NCBI GenBank assembly: GCA_013265495.1
Contig: MU057887.1
Span: 1,439,985 to 1,499,984 of the forward strand
DNA: 60,000 nt
Direction: 5' to 3'
Source of the DNA: Vicugna vicugna
Taxonomy: Eukaryota
The translations under genes were made by a program, and so were the position numbers. Below, piece by piece: positions 46,590-59,820 of the stretch (within the stretch, counting starts at the first letter, position 1; each line of letters opens with the position of its first letter). The notes beneath the pieces were generated by a model, which saw only the letters and a list, made by a program, of their open reading frames with translations, had not been told where the DNA came from and ran no database searches.

Positions 46590-47960
46590 TTTATTTTTAT
46601 TTTTTTTATTTCACAGTAGACCATATATTTTAGAACAGTTTTAGGTCTACAGAAAAATTTCAAAGATAACAGAGTTCCCATATACCTGCCCTCCCCACCC
46701 TCCAGTTTCTCCTGTTACCATCTTACTTTGTTTAGTGTGGAACATTGTTATAATTAATTAATAGACCAACACTGATACGTTACTCACCGAAGTCTGTAGT
46801 TTATCCAGATTTCCTGAGTTTTTACCTAATGTCCTTCTACCCCAGGACCCCGTCCAGGACCCCACATTACATTTAGTGGTCATGTCACCTTCGGCTCCTC
46901 TGGACTAGGACAGCTTCTCAGACTTTTCTTGTTGATGACCTGACAGGCTTGAGGAGTATTAGGTTCATTGTAGGTCCCTCTTCGCTAGAGTTTGGACAGT
47001 TGGAAATCCTGTTGGAATCTGGATGTTTTTCTTGGGGTTAGACTGGGGTCGTGGGTTTTGAGAGGAAAGCCACAGCGGTGAAGTGCCCCCGCCACATCAC
47101 GTCGCATCGGGACAACACCATCACGTGACTGGTCGCCGTGATGTGGGCCTTGTCCCCTGGCTGGTGTGAGCTTACTCTCCCTCTGTCCACGGTGCCCTCC
47201 CTGCAGGGAAGTCATAATGTGCAGCCCACACGTAAGGGGTGTGAGGGTGGAGAGACTGCATGAATGATCTGGAATCTTCTCAATGGGAGACTTGTCTCTT
47301 CTCCCACATTTATCAATTTACTCAGCCTTTTTTTTAATGTCAGCATAAATTCACGTCTACTTATTTTATACCTTGGGTTACAGTGTAATTCCACTCTATT
47401 TATTTTGTTGGTCAGATTGTTCCAGCTTTGGCCACGGGGAGCTGTCAGGTGGCTCCTCGGGTCTGTTGACCATCACGGGGGGTGAAGTGAGCATGTCCTT
47501 GCTGGCCCGACTGGTGCTCCAGGCGCATCTTGCGTGATTCCTGTCCCAGCCCTAGAATCAGCCAGTTCTCTCAGGAGCCTGGCTCCTTTTACTGGAGAAT
47601 GGTTTTAGAAACCAAGATCTGGGCACTGGGGGTGCTTGCTGCTGCTGGGGTTTCTTTGCTCTGGGCCCTCTCAGCTGGCAGAACGGAAAATGTGCCCGCC
47701 ATCTGTGGATGTGCACGCATCTGTGACTGTTTCTGTGGCGGCCACCCGTATGTAGTAAATGAGATGTGGGTTCATCCTGAAGGTGTAACCTGCAGTCTGG
47801 TCGTTACTGTGTGGATCCTTCTCCCTGGCTGATCAGTCAGTCTCTAGTCCCGCAGTGGGGAACTCCCCCCTGCGTTTGCCGTTTGCCATCTGTGTACGTG
47901 ATTGTTTGGGTCCAGTCTACCTGCAGAGCGGGGTCGGACTGTTACCCGGGCCGCCGGGAA
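46590..47960 (-). mobile_element. Old L1 (L1MC/L1MD-like) 3' end
   Basis: tttagaacagttttaggtctacagaaaaatt...acagagttcccata...ccaggaccccacattacatttagtggtcatgtc...cctagaatcagccagttctc...ttagaaaccaagatctggg. Confidence 0.75.
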
Positions 47961-49792
47961 GTGGCTTCCTTGGCGAGAGCGCTGTGTGCATGTGCAGCTC
48001 TTTCTCACTCCCCTGGGTTCCTGCTGGGCCGCTGGAGTGCTGGCTGACAGGTGCATGGGCCCCCACAGAGGTGGGGGGCTGGGGGCACTGCCTTCCAGGA
48101 AGGTCTGTGACCTGCAGGGAGAGAAAAAGAGAACTGGGGGCTTCCCTGCTGGGCCTGTGGGGAAGGGCGCTGTCATGGCATCCCTTTGAAATCTGAAGGC
48201 CCGGCTGGCTTTGAACACAAGCGGGAGGCCTGGCCTTGGCAGCAGGAGGAGAAGGCTGCCGGCAGGACCCCTGGAGCTCAGACGTATCACTGACTTAGAT
48301 CCCTTTGGGCCCAGCTGCTCCCGCCTTAGGACTGCGCTGTAGCGGGAGTGGCCGCCTTTGAAGGAAGAGCAGCTGCCGCGCACTGAGGCCAGGCTCCTCT
48401 GGAGAGGAGAGGACCAGGGGGATTCTGCTCCGGGTGACTTGGGCCCCCCGCCCGCTCCCGTTTCCGTGCAGGGCTCCAGCCCCACGTGTGGGTCCTGCGG
48501 GCAGGGGAGGGCCAGCTGGAGGCTTCTAGCAGATTCTGAGCAGGTGGGAGTTGGGCAGGGGACTGGCAGGCGGTCCCAGGGCTGAGGGGGCCTGAGAGCA
48601 GCCCCAGGTGGGGGGTTGGCTGGGTTTGTGCTTTGGAAGAAGAGTTGGCCCCCAGGCGGGCTCAGAAGACACCTGGAGTGGCGTTTGTTCCTTTGTGCTC
48701 CCGTCCCTTTCGAGACAGAACGAGAGGGGGGTGGGAAGGACACTGGGCCTCCGCGGGCTGGCTCAGCGGCTGGGCTCCCGCATGCCCGGGCCCCGGGCCG
48801 AGCTCTGGGTTTCTGAGGGTGGGACCCACAACGGCTGAGTCCACAGGTGGCAGAGCGGTGGCGGGAGCTGCCGTGCTGTGTAGACCGGGCTCTCTGTACC
48901 ACCTCTGTGTGTGTGGGCCTGCTGTGTGGACCGTGCTGTCTGCACCGCTGGGGAGGTGCTGCTCACACAGTACCGCCTACATGTGTTGGTGGTGCTGTTT
49001 TCCACACAGGGTTTGGGGGGTCTGAGGGAGCTCGTCTGGTTTTCTCTTAAACTTCCGCTGTGGCCTGGGAGGGCTCCTGGCCACAGCACCCTGTCTGTTG
49101 CCCGGAAGACCTGGGCTCCAGCCTGCCTGCCCACCCATGGTTCTGCAGCCCCCTGCCCCGTGCCCCTCAGCTCTTTAACCAGGCCCTGCCCTGTGCTGGG
49201 TGCCAGACGGTGGTGAGTGATGAAGGAGGCCACGGCCCCAGGGAGACTGGGCCGGTGGGAAGGAGGAGAGAGGTGGGGCTATGGGACAGAGGGGCCTGAC
49301 CCCGCCTGGGGGTCAAGGAGGGTGCCTTGAGGGCTGAAAGAAGGGGGCACAGGAACCCGCTGAGCAGAGCTTAGGCGGTTTAGCTTCAGGAGAGGTGGGG
49401 AGGGGTAGCCAGGCCAGGCGAGGCCACGGGTCACCACGCCGCCCTCCCTGGGACCAGGTAGGGCTGGCGTGGGGTCAGTTTATAAAGGTCAGTTCCTGTC
49501 CTCGGCTCCTAGAGACCCAGCCAGGGTGTGGCCTCTGCTGGGGCCAGCACTGGGCTCTGAGCACATCAGGGGGGCCTAAGAAAGTGGGTTGAGCTGGCTG
49601 GGGCTCAGTGATGGGGGCTGGGTGGGAGTGCCGTCATCCCCAGGTGGCCCTTCCTGGGCGCCCTGATGGAGGCCACCTGCTGGCCGGGTCTCCCTGCCCC
49701 CTTCACCGGGTGCTCCCCTTCCTGGTTCCTGCTGTGCTGCGCCCAGCTCTTCTGCTTTCTGGGCTGAGATTTGAGGTCCCCTGTGACAGCCA

Positions 49793-49973
49793 CAGGCAGC
49801 TGCAGGGAGACCCTGGCCTGGAGATGCGTTTCCCCGGTGGGTCCCAGAGCTCAGGCAGCTGCAGGGAGACCCTGGCCTGGAGATGCGTTTCCCCGGTGGG
49901 TCCCAGAGCTCAGGCAGCTGCAGGGAGACCCTGGCCTGGAGATGCGTTTCCCCAATGGGTCCCAGAGCTCAGG
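49793..49973. repeat. Minisatellite, 59 bp x 3
   Basis: caggcagctgcagggagaccctggcctggagatgcgtttccccggtgggtcccagagct starts at 49793, 49852 and 49911. Confidence 0.97.
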
Positions 49974-50660
49974 GTAACTGGAATTGTTTGTGGGGTCACA
50001 GCTGCCCCCGGCAGCTGCATGGGGACCACTGTCTGGGGCAGCGTCTGCGAGGTGGGGGGTGAGCCAGATCTGACTGGTGATGGCCAAGGGGGCAGGGAGT
50101 GGAGGGCACCGCAGCCAGGGGGGCACCTGGTGTGGCAGAGACAGGAAGAGGTGTCAGTGGTGGCTGCTGGCGAGAGTTTGGCATTTAAGATTGAAGCAAC
50201 TTGAGTGGCTGAAAAAACACACATGCCTTCAACGTCACAAACCCAGAGTCTCACTCTTAGAAGAACCGGATTATAACACCCCGCCCACGGGGTTGCCACA
50301 GAGCCCACACGCTGACGGTTCTATCCTGTCTCCCAGCCACCGAGAGGGCAGCGAGGTGTGTGGATGGTCTCACAGGTGCTGCGTCCCTGGAGCGGAACTG
50401 TGAGGTTCGTGCGCAGGGCCGGGGGAGCCCCACTGTCCCGAGCGATGCTGCTCGGCACCTCTGCAGGTTGAGCCTTATGGTGTGCTCCTCCCAGACCCCT
50501 CTGGGCATGTCCTTGGAGTCCCATGCTGGCTTCAGCATCCAGGTTTGTGTCCGGGGGCTGGTGTCTGCAGCCCTTTCCCTATTCCATCCAGAGAGATAGG
50601 TCAGGGATGAGACTGGTAGGCTGGACTGGAGGCCACTCTGAGGACCTGTGGCTGATGCTG

Positions 50661-50801
50661 CCTCCGGGGGGTGGTCAGCGTGCCCCCAAACCCCGCCCCA
50701 CCCTGTCCTCCGGGGGGTGGTCAGCGTGCCTCCAAGCCCCACCCCATCCTGTCCTTTGGCGGGTGGTCAACGTGTCCCCCGGCCCTGCCCCATCCTGTCC
50801 T
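50661..50801. repeat. Minisatellite, 46 bp x 3 (degenerate)
   Basis: cctccggggggtggtcagcgtgcc...cccca(c/t)cctgt starts at 50661, 50707 and 50753. Confidence 0.9.
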
Positions 50802-51689
50802 ACTGGGTGAGCACATCCTGGATCAGGAAGAAAGCAGTATTTTGTTCCACAGTCACTGCTTGAGAAAGTGGGGATCTGTGTGAATCACATCAGAAGTTAA
50901 ATACGGTGTAATCATCTGGAGGGGGGTGGGGTAGGGTAGGGCTGGAGGGGACAGGGAGCAGCAGGGACCTAAGGATGCTGGACCCAGGGGCAGAATTTAA
51001 AGGAGTGGGATTCACTGGCAGTCTTCCTGCCCCTTAGAGCCCAGCCCACTCAACAGTGGAGGCTGCAGATGTGTGACTTTGCGGCCGCCCAGCACGTTTT
51101 GGGGGAGAGGAAGTGGAATATGAGTCACAGGCCAGAGAGCCCTGGGCATGAGGGCATGAGCACAGGCAGGGCTGCTAGCAGGGTGGGAGTGAGGACAGAT
51201 GGTTGGAGGGGCTGCCCTGCCCCTGCTGCTCCCTGCCCTGGCGGCCTGTGTCTGAGGATCATGCCCCTCCTGGGAGGGCCTGGGGGAGAGGCCAGTGCCT
51301 GTCTGCAGGGGCAGGGCTGTGGGCTCCCCCTGGGCTGCCCCAGCATCGCGTTCTAAGTTGGGCACCTGGAATTGTGACTCTCGGTGGGTGGGCCCTGGGA
51401 GACCTGCCCCATAACCCTCATCTGTGGCCAGCACAGGGCACCTGCCCTGCCCAGTGGGGAGCGGGGAGTCGGGGAAGGAGCTGGGCCAGGAATCCTCGTG
51501 ACTGCCTTGTGTCACCGCCCCCATCTGACAGGTAGGGGCCCCTGGGCAGGCCTGCAGGCAGCATCAGGAAGGGATGTGCAGGCCTCCTGGGTGTCGAGGG
51601 TGTCGAGGGCCACTCCGTCCGTGTTTGTGGGAGGTGGGCCCGATGGGCTCTCTGGAGGACCTGGGATTCATTCTGACGCCTGCGAGGTG

Positions 51690-51760
51690 GGCCAGGCCGA
51701 ATGGTGGCAAGAAAAGGAGAGGCCAGGCCGAATGGTGGCAAGAAAAGGAGAGGCCTGGCC
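51690..51760. repeat. Tandem duplication, 31 bp x 2.3
   Basis: ggccaggccgaatggtggcaagaaaaggaga at 51690 and 51721. Confidence 0.95.
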
Positions 51761-54700
51761 TCTCGCCAGCGCTGTCTGGGCTTTTGAGAAGCCCCGCACC
51801 TGATCTTTCACCGTCAGGCAGCCGCCTCTGCATTTGGAGAATTGGCCACCTTAAGATGAGCCCTGAATGTCGGGGACCCCGCCTCTCTTGGCCATGGTGA
51901 CAGCATGGTGGGGACTGGGCTGGCTGGGGAACATGGGAGGGCTGCCTGAGGATGCCCCAGGGAGGGACGGGTGGGTGGTTGCTGGCGTCGGGACGCCGGA
52001 AGGGTGGCAGGGCATGTACGTGGGTGGCTGCCGCTCCTACTGTAGCCACCCTGGAAGGGGCCATGTTGTCCCTGTTTCACAGGTGAGTGAGGGTCAGAGG
52101 AGTCCTGGTAGATGGCTCGCTGCCCCCAGGGCCTCTGCCCTTGTCCGTGGCCCTCCTGCCACTTCCTGTTGGGTTTATTTCGGTATTTTCAAAGATCAAA
52201 GCTGTCCTCTCTGATATCCGCTTGTGGGCCTTACGTGGACCCTTAACTTCCCACTCAGCCCACTCCTCAGGGCTCTGGTGACCCACCCGCTCCGTGTGCG
52301 CCCGAGGGCCCCACCAGCTCTGCATGGACTGCGGACCTCCCCCCACCTCTCAGAGGGGCTGTCCTGTCAACCCCCTTGACCCCGGCTCCGGACTGGGAGC
52401 TCCCTGAGGGCAGGCCTGGGCCTGCGAGGCTGGGTGATTCCAGAGGCCACCATCACCCACCTGCTGTTGGCCTGGGTGGCTTGGCGGGGCGGGGTGGGGC
52501 TGGGTGGGGCAAAACCCGGTGCACGCCAACTGCAGGGGAGAGGCTCCGGGGCGGGGACAGGGGTCAGAAAGGTTGGGAGGGGGAGCCCACAGCGCTTGTC
52601 CCAGGACAGCTGAGTATGGTGGTGAGGCTGCTAGTTTAGAAAAGTAGCTGGAGCAGGGGGGCCTAGACCCAGAGCTGGTGCGCAGCGCTGCTGGCCGAGG
52701 CAGGTGCTGCTTCCCCGGCACGTCCGCCCTCACCTCGGTGCTGGGGCCAGTGTGACTGAAATCCCTCTTCCTCTTGGGTTCTCTGATCCCGGACTTAAAT
52801 GAACATGGCTGCTGCATCAAAACGAACTGTGGTAGGGCTCCCCTTGAACGAATCTAAATGGCCAATGCTGACATCTCAGGTCACGTCCCCTGGAGGGCTG
52901 TGTCCTGTGTCCTCTCCCCCAGTCAGCCGCGGGAGGGCGGGGAGGACCAGGTGGCATCAATGGGATATTGCAGCTGCGGCTCCACGAGGGCCGACGGGGA
53001 CCGTCTCACTCATTCCGGGTCCCCAGCGCTTGGCCGAGGGCATCGGGGCACAGTTTAGTGGAGCCTGCTGACGTCTGTCCCGAAAGGCTGCCCAGGCCAG
53101 AGGCCCTCTGCCACCACCTCCACCCAGCTGACTTGAGTTGACCATCAGGCTCCTTTTAAGTTAGCCAGATGTGCATCTTTGATAATTGACCACTTAAGTG
53201 TGTGATTAAAACTGGTTCAGTGAGGTGTTCGCGCTGCATGTCGGTGAGGGAGCGTGGCCTTGAGCTCACTCAGTCGTTCACGCCTGGGGATGCGCTGGGT
53301 TCCATTTCTCTCCTGCGTCTTTTCACCGTTCCAGTTGGATCAGACCTGGGAAGGACTACATCCTTCCACACCTGCAGGAGACGAGAGTTCAAAGCAGATT
53401 TCCACCCCGAGAGTCTTTGAGTTCCGTGGCTGACGTGTGTGGGGAGCAGCCCTGCTGCCGGCTTTTACAGGCCAGTTCGGGCCGATCCCGCAGCCGGGCC
53501 AGAACCCCGCACCTCCAGGGCGTGGATGGCATCGCGGAGGGTCTCGCTGGCCTCCTGCGTGATGCTGGCTCTGCGTATGGAAGCTGGCCCTGCTGCATCG
53601 AGTTGAAAAGTCTTGGCATTGAAAGAGCCTGTTATGACCTATTTGTAAAGTATTTCAGAATCACCTACATGGATATTTTGCCCTCAATTCTGTATAATTA
53701 GAAGGTATAAACCCAACTTGGGGACTGTCTCGGTGCACCAGCGCAACCTAGATTAGAGCTCCCCGTGTAGGTGTTTCCTTTTTTCCTTCAAAAGAAATCA
53801 TATAACAAAAGCAAAAGGAATTGAGCTCATCATCATGGTTCTCAAATACTTGAAAACAGTATTGGCTAACTAACATGGAAACGTGTGGGCTGATTGGCAG
53901 ACCCTTTCTCTTCACCGAGAGCAGAAACAGAAATCTCAGGGAACGTTTAAAAGCCCCTGGTGAGTTCTGCCTCGGAGGCAGGCGAGCCGTGGCTGGATTC
54001 CCACCTGCCCAGCTCTCTCCCCTCCCCTCGGGTCCTGGCGGAAGCTGGTTGCCGATGTTCCCGGTTGTGGGCACCATTAACGTGCAGCCTTGTGGGTGTG
54101 GCTGGCTGCGGAGGTGGGACCTGTGGTCCTTGTCCGTTTGACAGCTGTCATCCGAGGCCTCGCTGCTCAGCCAGTGCACACGCTCCCTCAGCCAGCAGCG
54201 CTCCCTCGGAGGAGTGTCCCTTCGTGGGGAGGCAGGTGTGGGGCCAGCGCTGCCCCAAGTGGCCAGGATCCCAGAGCAGGATGGATTGTGTCGGGGGAGC
54301 CTTGGGGGCCAGAACTTCCTCTTCTCATGCTTGTGGCCCTCAGGTGCTCAGGTCAGGATGTGCGGCCTTCCTTGGTCACACAGGACCCTCTTGTCTGTCT
54401 GTTTAGTTATTCCTGATGTGATCGGTACCCTCAAGTTCACCACCAAAACAGAAGCTGGGGTCTTGCTGAGAACCCCCGTTGGCCAGCCTGAGATCTCAGC
54501 CGTGTGCTCCCAGCCTCCCCAGCTGAGATTTCCAGCTCCCTCGTTTTACCGTCTGTTCCTTCCCAGGGGGAATCTCTGCTCCTTGGGATTGAGTCTTGAA
54601 GGACTGGTGGAGATGGCCTGGGCAGATGGGCGGGGTGAGGATTGAGCGCATCCTCGGCCAGGGCAGGTATGAGAGCACACAGGTGTGAGGGGCCAGGTGT

Positions 54701-57700
54701 GTTCAGGGACAAGTGGGTATAGGGCAGCAGCCAGGGGAGAGCAGGGGTGGTGGTGGTTCCTGGCCTCTCACAGGTAGAGGGTACCTGTAGGATCAGGCCA
54801 GGAGGGCAGGTGTTTCCAGAAGTTTCAGGTGTAGAAATGGCCCTGGGAGGAGGTCCAGGCTGGTGGTGGAGGCTGGGGCTGCCCTGGTCCTGGGCTAGGG
54901 GCCCTCCTGGGAGAGAAGGGGAAGGTTGGAACCTGGGGGTGTCGTGGCAGCACAGGGGGCTGGGGCTGGGAGGGGTTGTCGTGAGGCCAAGCATCGAGGG
55001 AAGCTGGGCCCCATCCCTCCCAGTGTGGGGCCCACAGACCAGGCCCAGAGGAACGTGCCCCTCTCCCAGAGACACATACACAGGCATCTCCCAGGCACCT
55101 AGGGAGCGTGGGGGCAGGTGCAGAGGGTGGGGTTTCAAGCATCCGGTCTGGCTGGGAAATTGCTGAGAGAGAGACTGAGAGAGAGAAATGCAAGGCTTGT
55201 TGGAGACTCTGCTTCTGCTGGTCTCAGTCTGCGGTTTCCAGAACAGTCGGGGTGAGGGGTGACCTGGAGGGCTGACTACTGGGTCAGCTTTCCACACGGT
55301 TGCCTTGGAGGGGGTGCCTCTTCTGCCCCCAGAGCCTGGGGCTGTGGGTCTGTCTTTAATGCAGGGTTTCCCACCATGGACCTTGTCCTGTGGGGCCGGT
55401 CCAGACTGCCTTGTTTCTGGAAAAGGAGGTGATGTTCTAGGTCCTGGGTCTGGTAGAGGCGCTGGGGTCCCAGAGTGGAGACCTCCTTGTTCCCGCCCCA
55501 CAGTGCGTCACCAGGCGAGCAGCTCTTCCAGCTAACGGCCCCCCGTATCACTGTGGGTCCCCTGTGGCTGTTGGGGGGCCAAGATGCGACGTGCAGAGAA
55601 CCCCCGAGCCTGTGCTGCACAGATAGGTCCTCGGGTCCCCGGCGTTAAATCTGGCGCTCTCCTCCTCCCTCTGTTCCTGTCACCACCCGCCCGCTGCCCA
55701 GGGAGCTGAGGAAGTGAGCGTCACTGGGGAGGGAATGGACTGGGGGCTTTGTAGTGGGGAAGACGAGGCTGCTTCCTGGTGAGGGGGCAGCCACCCCTGC
55801 TCCCCGTGTTGGGCCGGCATCCCTTCGTGGACACAGTGGGGATCAGGTGCGTGCAGGGCCAGCGCTCCGAGGGGAGGTCGGGGCTGTGGGGCGCAGGCCC
55901 TCTCTGCCACTTCTCCCTGGCCTGGCTTGGAGGGACGCCGCGCTCTGGGCCAGCTCGCGTGGCGTCTTACCTGGTTGAATGGAATCTGTGAGGCCAGAGC
56001 TGTCAGTCTGTGCAGGGGTGGGTGTGGTGGGGTGACGAGGGCCAGGACAGCCCTTCCTGCAGGGGCCACCTGCCACAGCACTGGGCTGATAGTTGAAGGT
56101 GCCCTCCCCTCTCCCGTGTGGGTGGAGCCGGCCTCCCGGGCGCCCTGGGGTGTGTACTCTTCAGGGGCTTTGGGGGTCCTTCTCTCTTCTCAGCTGAACC
56201 AGTTATGGAATGCTGCTCCCTTTTGGAATTGGGAGATTGGGCCCCAAAGGCGGCATGCTGTTGTCATCTTGGGGCCTCCTCCCCAGTCACTGAGGCCTCC
56301 TCCTTGCAGAACTTTGATGCTGCATGACCGACTCAGCTAGGTGGGACTGGAAACCACCCTTCTCAGCGTTGCCAACCTGTTAGTCTTGTTCAGCCAGGCC
56401 TGCGTGCTGGCTTTCAGCTTTCGGTGGGTCCTGCCCTCCTCTGGGAACCCAGAGCCAGACCTTTGACCCCTGGGCTGTGAATGGGCAGGGTGGAGGAGGG
56501 GCTCTGGTGGGTGAGCAGACAGGGAGGTTCCTTTGATGCCTACGGGCGGCCTGGCCGGGGCGGGCCGGGGCGCCAGCCTCCCGGAGCAGCCCTGGCTCAG
56601 GGCGGCGTCAGTGCGGTGTGCTTCCTGGCAGGGGAGTGTTTCGGTGGCACGCTGGGTTTTCCTGAAGAGAAAGGGTGTGGAGCCCCCACGGCATGTGAGA
56701 ATGAGGGGATGCCGTGAGCGGGCTCTTGCCTGGACCAGGAGGTGCCCCGCCGGGGGCTCTTGGGTGTCAGGGGTTCTGGCGGGTCTTAATTAGGACAAAC
56801 AAGTGCGGCTTTCTTTGCAGGTCACTGTTCCAGGTAGCTTCGTGAGATGGGGAGGCTTTTACCGTTTTCTGTGCTCTCGCAACCTGCCTTTTGGGCGCCG
56901 TGCAAGGCGGCACCTTCTGATCAGTTGCTTTTCAGCCTGTAAAGGGTTTAGCAGTGGCCGCCTGTTTTGGGTCAGACTTTGAAAATTCTGGCGAGATGTC
57001 TGGGTCTCCTCTGCTCTGGGGAGTGGAGTCCAGGGGTAGGGCCGTGCAGGAGGGACGGAGGGAAGGAGTCTGTCCTGCTGATTGGTTCCTTCTGCCTGCG
57101 GGTTCCAGTTACGGAAGGGACAGACTTGGGCATCCTGACAGGAGACCCTCTAAGTGTCGCTCCCCAGCTTCTTACGGTGAAATGCTGGTTTGGGTCTGAT
57201 TGGCGACGAGTTGCTGAGACTGGATTCAGGCTGCTCTTGGGCCCAGGTGGTGGGGTTCTCTTGGCTGAGCCAGGGAGGGGCATGGCCTGGGGGCAGGAGC
57301 CTGTGGGGTGGGAGAGGGTGGGGAGGCCCCGCGGTCTGAAGCTGGGGGGATGTGACTTAGCGGCGAGCTCCTGCCAGGGAAAGGTGTGCCTGATACGGGA
57401 AACAGGAGCTGCTGAAAGCTGGTCCTCCCCCGCCCATCCGCCCCTTCGTGCGGGCACAGGAGGTGAGGGCTGAGCAGGCCTTGTGAGGGCCAGGGGTCTT
57501 ATCCTCCATGCCAACCATTCCAGGCCCCAGTGGAAAGGAGAGAAGTGAATGGGCCTGAGCCCTGAGCACAGGGAGGTGGTCCCAGGAAGGCGAGAACTGC
57601 CCTCCCTCAAAGGCCAGTGGGGAGGGCCGCTGTGAGCTGGGCCGGGGGCACCACTAGAGCTTTGCAGCCCCTGGAGATGGTCGGGGTGTTGGGTGGGAAG

Positions 57701-59005
57701 GGGGCCCCGGGGTCTGTTACAGAGTCAGCACAGAAACAGGTGGACTGAGGTGGGGGAGTCAGGTCAGGACCTTCCTGACTTCGAGCGGATCCCTAGCACA
57801 CACGGAGATTTCTGGAACCCTTGACAACAGGTGGGGGCTGGGGCTGGACCCTTCCGCCGTGGAGCGGCCTGGGGCGTGGCTGGCGGGGCCTGCGTGTGTT
57901 AGTGGTTGCGTTGTTAATTATGTAGAACACAGATGGCCACTGGCTTTTCAGACCTTGAGCCATTCTTTTCACAGTTGTGCTTTGAAATACTCTTTTTTTT
58001 AAAGAGTGAGTATCACCTAGTTCCCTAACCTGCACTGTAGGTATCCGCTCAGTTCTCTGGAACGAGAGTCTCATTCTCGGTGGAGGATGGATGAAAACGT
58101 TTCCACAGATCAGCCCCCTAACGCATCACAGCCACACAGGCCGATGGATTCCGCCACATCCGTGCTCCTGAAGCACGTGCCTCGTGTCTTAATTACCCTT
58201 GCAGAAAAGTGGCTGCCCGAAGGCTCTCCCCACGCGGGGAGCTTCTGGAGACTGATCTGGGAGACTCCCAGGTGCGTCTTGTTATCAGCGGTGCTTTCTC
58301 CCTGTAGAATTGCTGATAAAGGGGATGATTGCAAATCCAGTCTTCCCTTAAAGGCATCGCGACAGCTTGCTGTTTACAGTTTGTCAGAGGGTCCTGCGGA
58401 GAGGGGGGTCCTTTAGTCACGCAGTCATTCTTTCCGGAATGTCTGTTTTGGGAAGGGGCTGTGGTACGCCTTGATTCCTCAAGGCTGGCGATGCCTGCGC
58501 CCCCGAGAACCCTGCCACCAGCTTATAACCGGGGCCCACAGGTGTCACTTGGGAGCTGGCACCCTCCTCTTGTTCTCCAAGTGGCAGGGTGTCAGGTCAC
58601 TGTCGAGGGTCTCCCCAAAGTCAAGATGGCTCAGGCCCTTGCCCCCCCATCGGCAGTGCCCTCTGCTGGTGCCCGGCCTCCAGTCCGTGGCCCGCCTCCC
58701 TTGTCCTCCATGCCCACGGGCGGGGCGGGGCCAGGTGTATGTGTGTCGGGTGCGCAAGAGCCCTGGGCTGTTCTCCAGGGTGTGCTGGGGGCTGGGCTGC
58801 TGCACACCCACGGCCGGCTCTCTGCACCGCAGCCCCCACTCGGGGTCTCAGGTTGTGCCCATGGACACAGCCTGCCCCCTGGGGCCCAGTTGCAGCTGCC
58901 CAAAGCCAGGGCCGGAGTCCTGGGGAGCCATGGGCTGACAAGGGTGCCCTCAGGACATGTGTCCGAGCCTGTCCCTGCACCCCTTCCCCGAATCACTGGA
59001 GTAGA

Positions 59006-59462
59006 CCGGGGGTTCTCAGACTCTGGTCTCGGAACCAACCCCTTTAACAGTGAGGTAGCGAGGTCTCCAGAGAGCCTCTTCACATGGGACATATCCCTTG
59101 CTCTTTACCGGTTAGAAATTAAGAAATTTACAACTATTTATTTATTGAAAACTGCCAACTCTAAACCCATTACATGTTAACGCAAGTAGTGTATTTTTAT
59201 TTTTTTTTAAATCACTCTTTTCCCCCCCAAAAGCAGGGAAAATTAGTGCAGGGGGCACTGGCAGTTCTGCGGGCCTTGGCAGGAGCTGGTTAATTGAAGA
59301 CAGGTGGGTTCTCCAGCCCCAGTCACCCTGTGGGGCCTCGAGAGACGGCACGTGTGGAACACAGACGGCGTCTAGGATGGTTGTTAAGTGGATCTGACCT
59401 CCTGGGTCCTCTGAAAGGGTCTTGGGGCCCCCAAGGGCTCCTGGACCACACTCTGAGGACTG
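59006..59462. mobile_element. hAT-Charlie (Charlie1-like) DNA transposon, internally deleted
   Basis: Ends ggttctcagact...ggaccacactctgagga; internal aaacccattacatgttaac and ctgaaagggtcttgggg. Confidence 0.65.
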
Positions 59463-59529
59463 GGAAAGATGTCCCTGCAGGGGTGAGGGCTTTTTTCAGT
59501 TTTTTTTCTGTTTTATTTGAGCCCATCCT

Positions 59530-59820
59530 GTTTCTTTATTTTAAATTAATTAATTTTTAAAAGCTGAAGTACTGTCAGTTGCAGTATGTCAGTTACAATG
59601 TGTCAGTTTCTCGTGTGCAGCATGTTTCAGTCATACACATGGATACGTGTATTCGTTTTCATATTCTTTTCCCTTATAGGTTACTACAAGGTACTGAATA
59701 CAGTTCCTGTGCTGCACAGAAGAAATTTGCTTTTTATCTATTTTTATATACAGTAGTTAGTATTTACAAATCTTGAACTCTCAGCGTATCCCCTCCCACC
59801 CCCTTTCCCCACCCTCCTGT
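59530..59820 (-). mobile_element. Lineage-specific L1 3' end
   Basis: gtcagttacaatgtgtc...tgtttcagtcatacac...tgaatacagttcctgtgctgcacagaagaaa...tttacaaatcttgaactc; same family as 27672-27975. Confidence 0.85.

Noticed and set aside
49793..50801. CRISPR-like arrays
   Set aside because: Head-to-tail units without unique spacers, in a mammalian context with no cas genes.
47844..59180. Long ORFs of 352, 354 and 283 aa in the right third of the window
   Set aside because: Pro/Gly/Ser-rich composition expected from GC-rich intronic DNA; no GRAM domain or other family resemblance.
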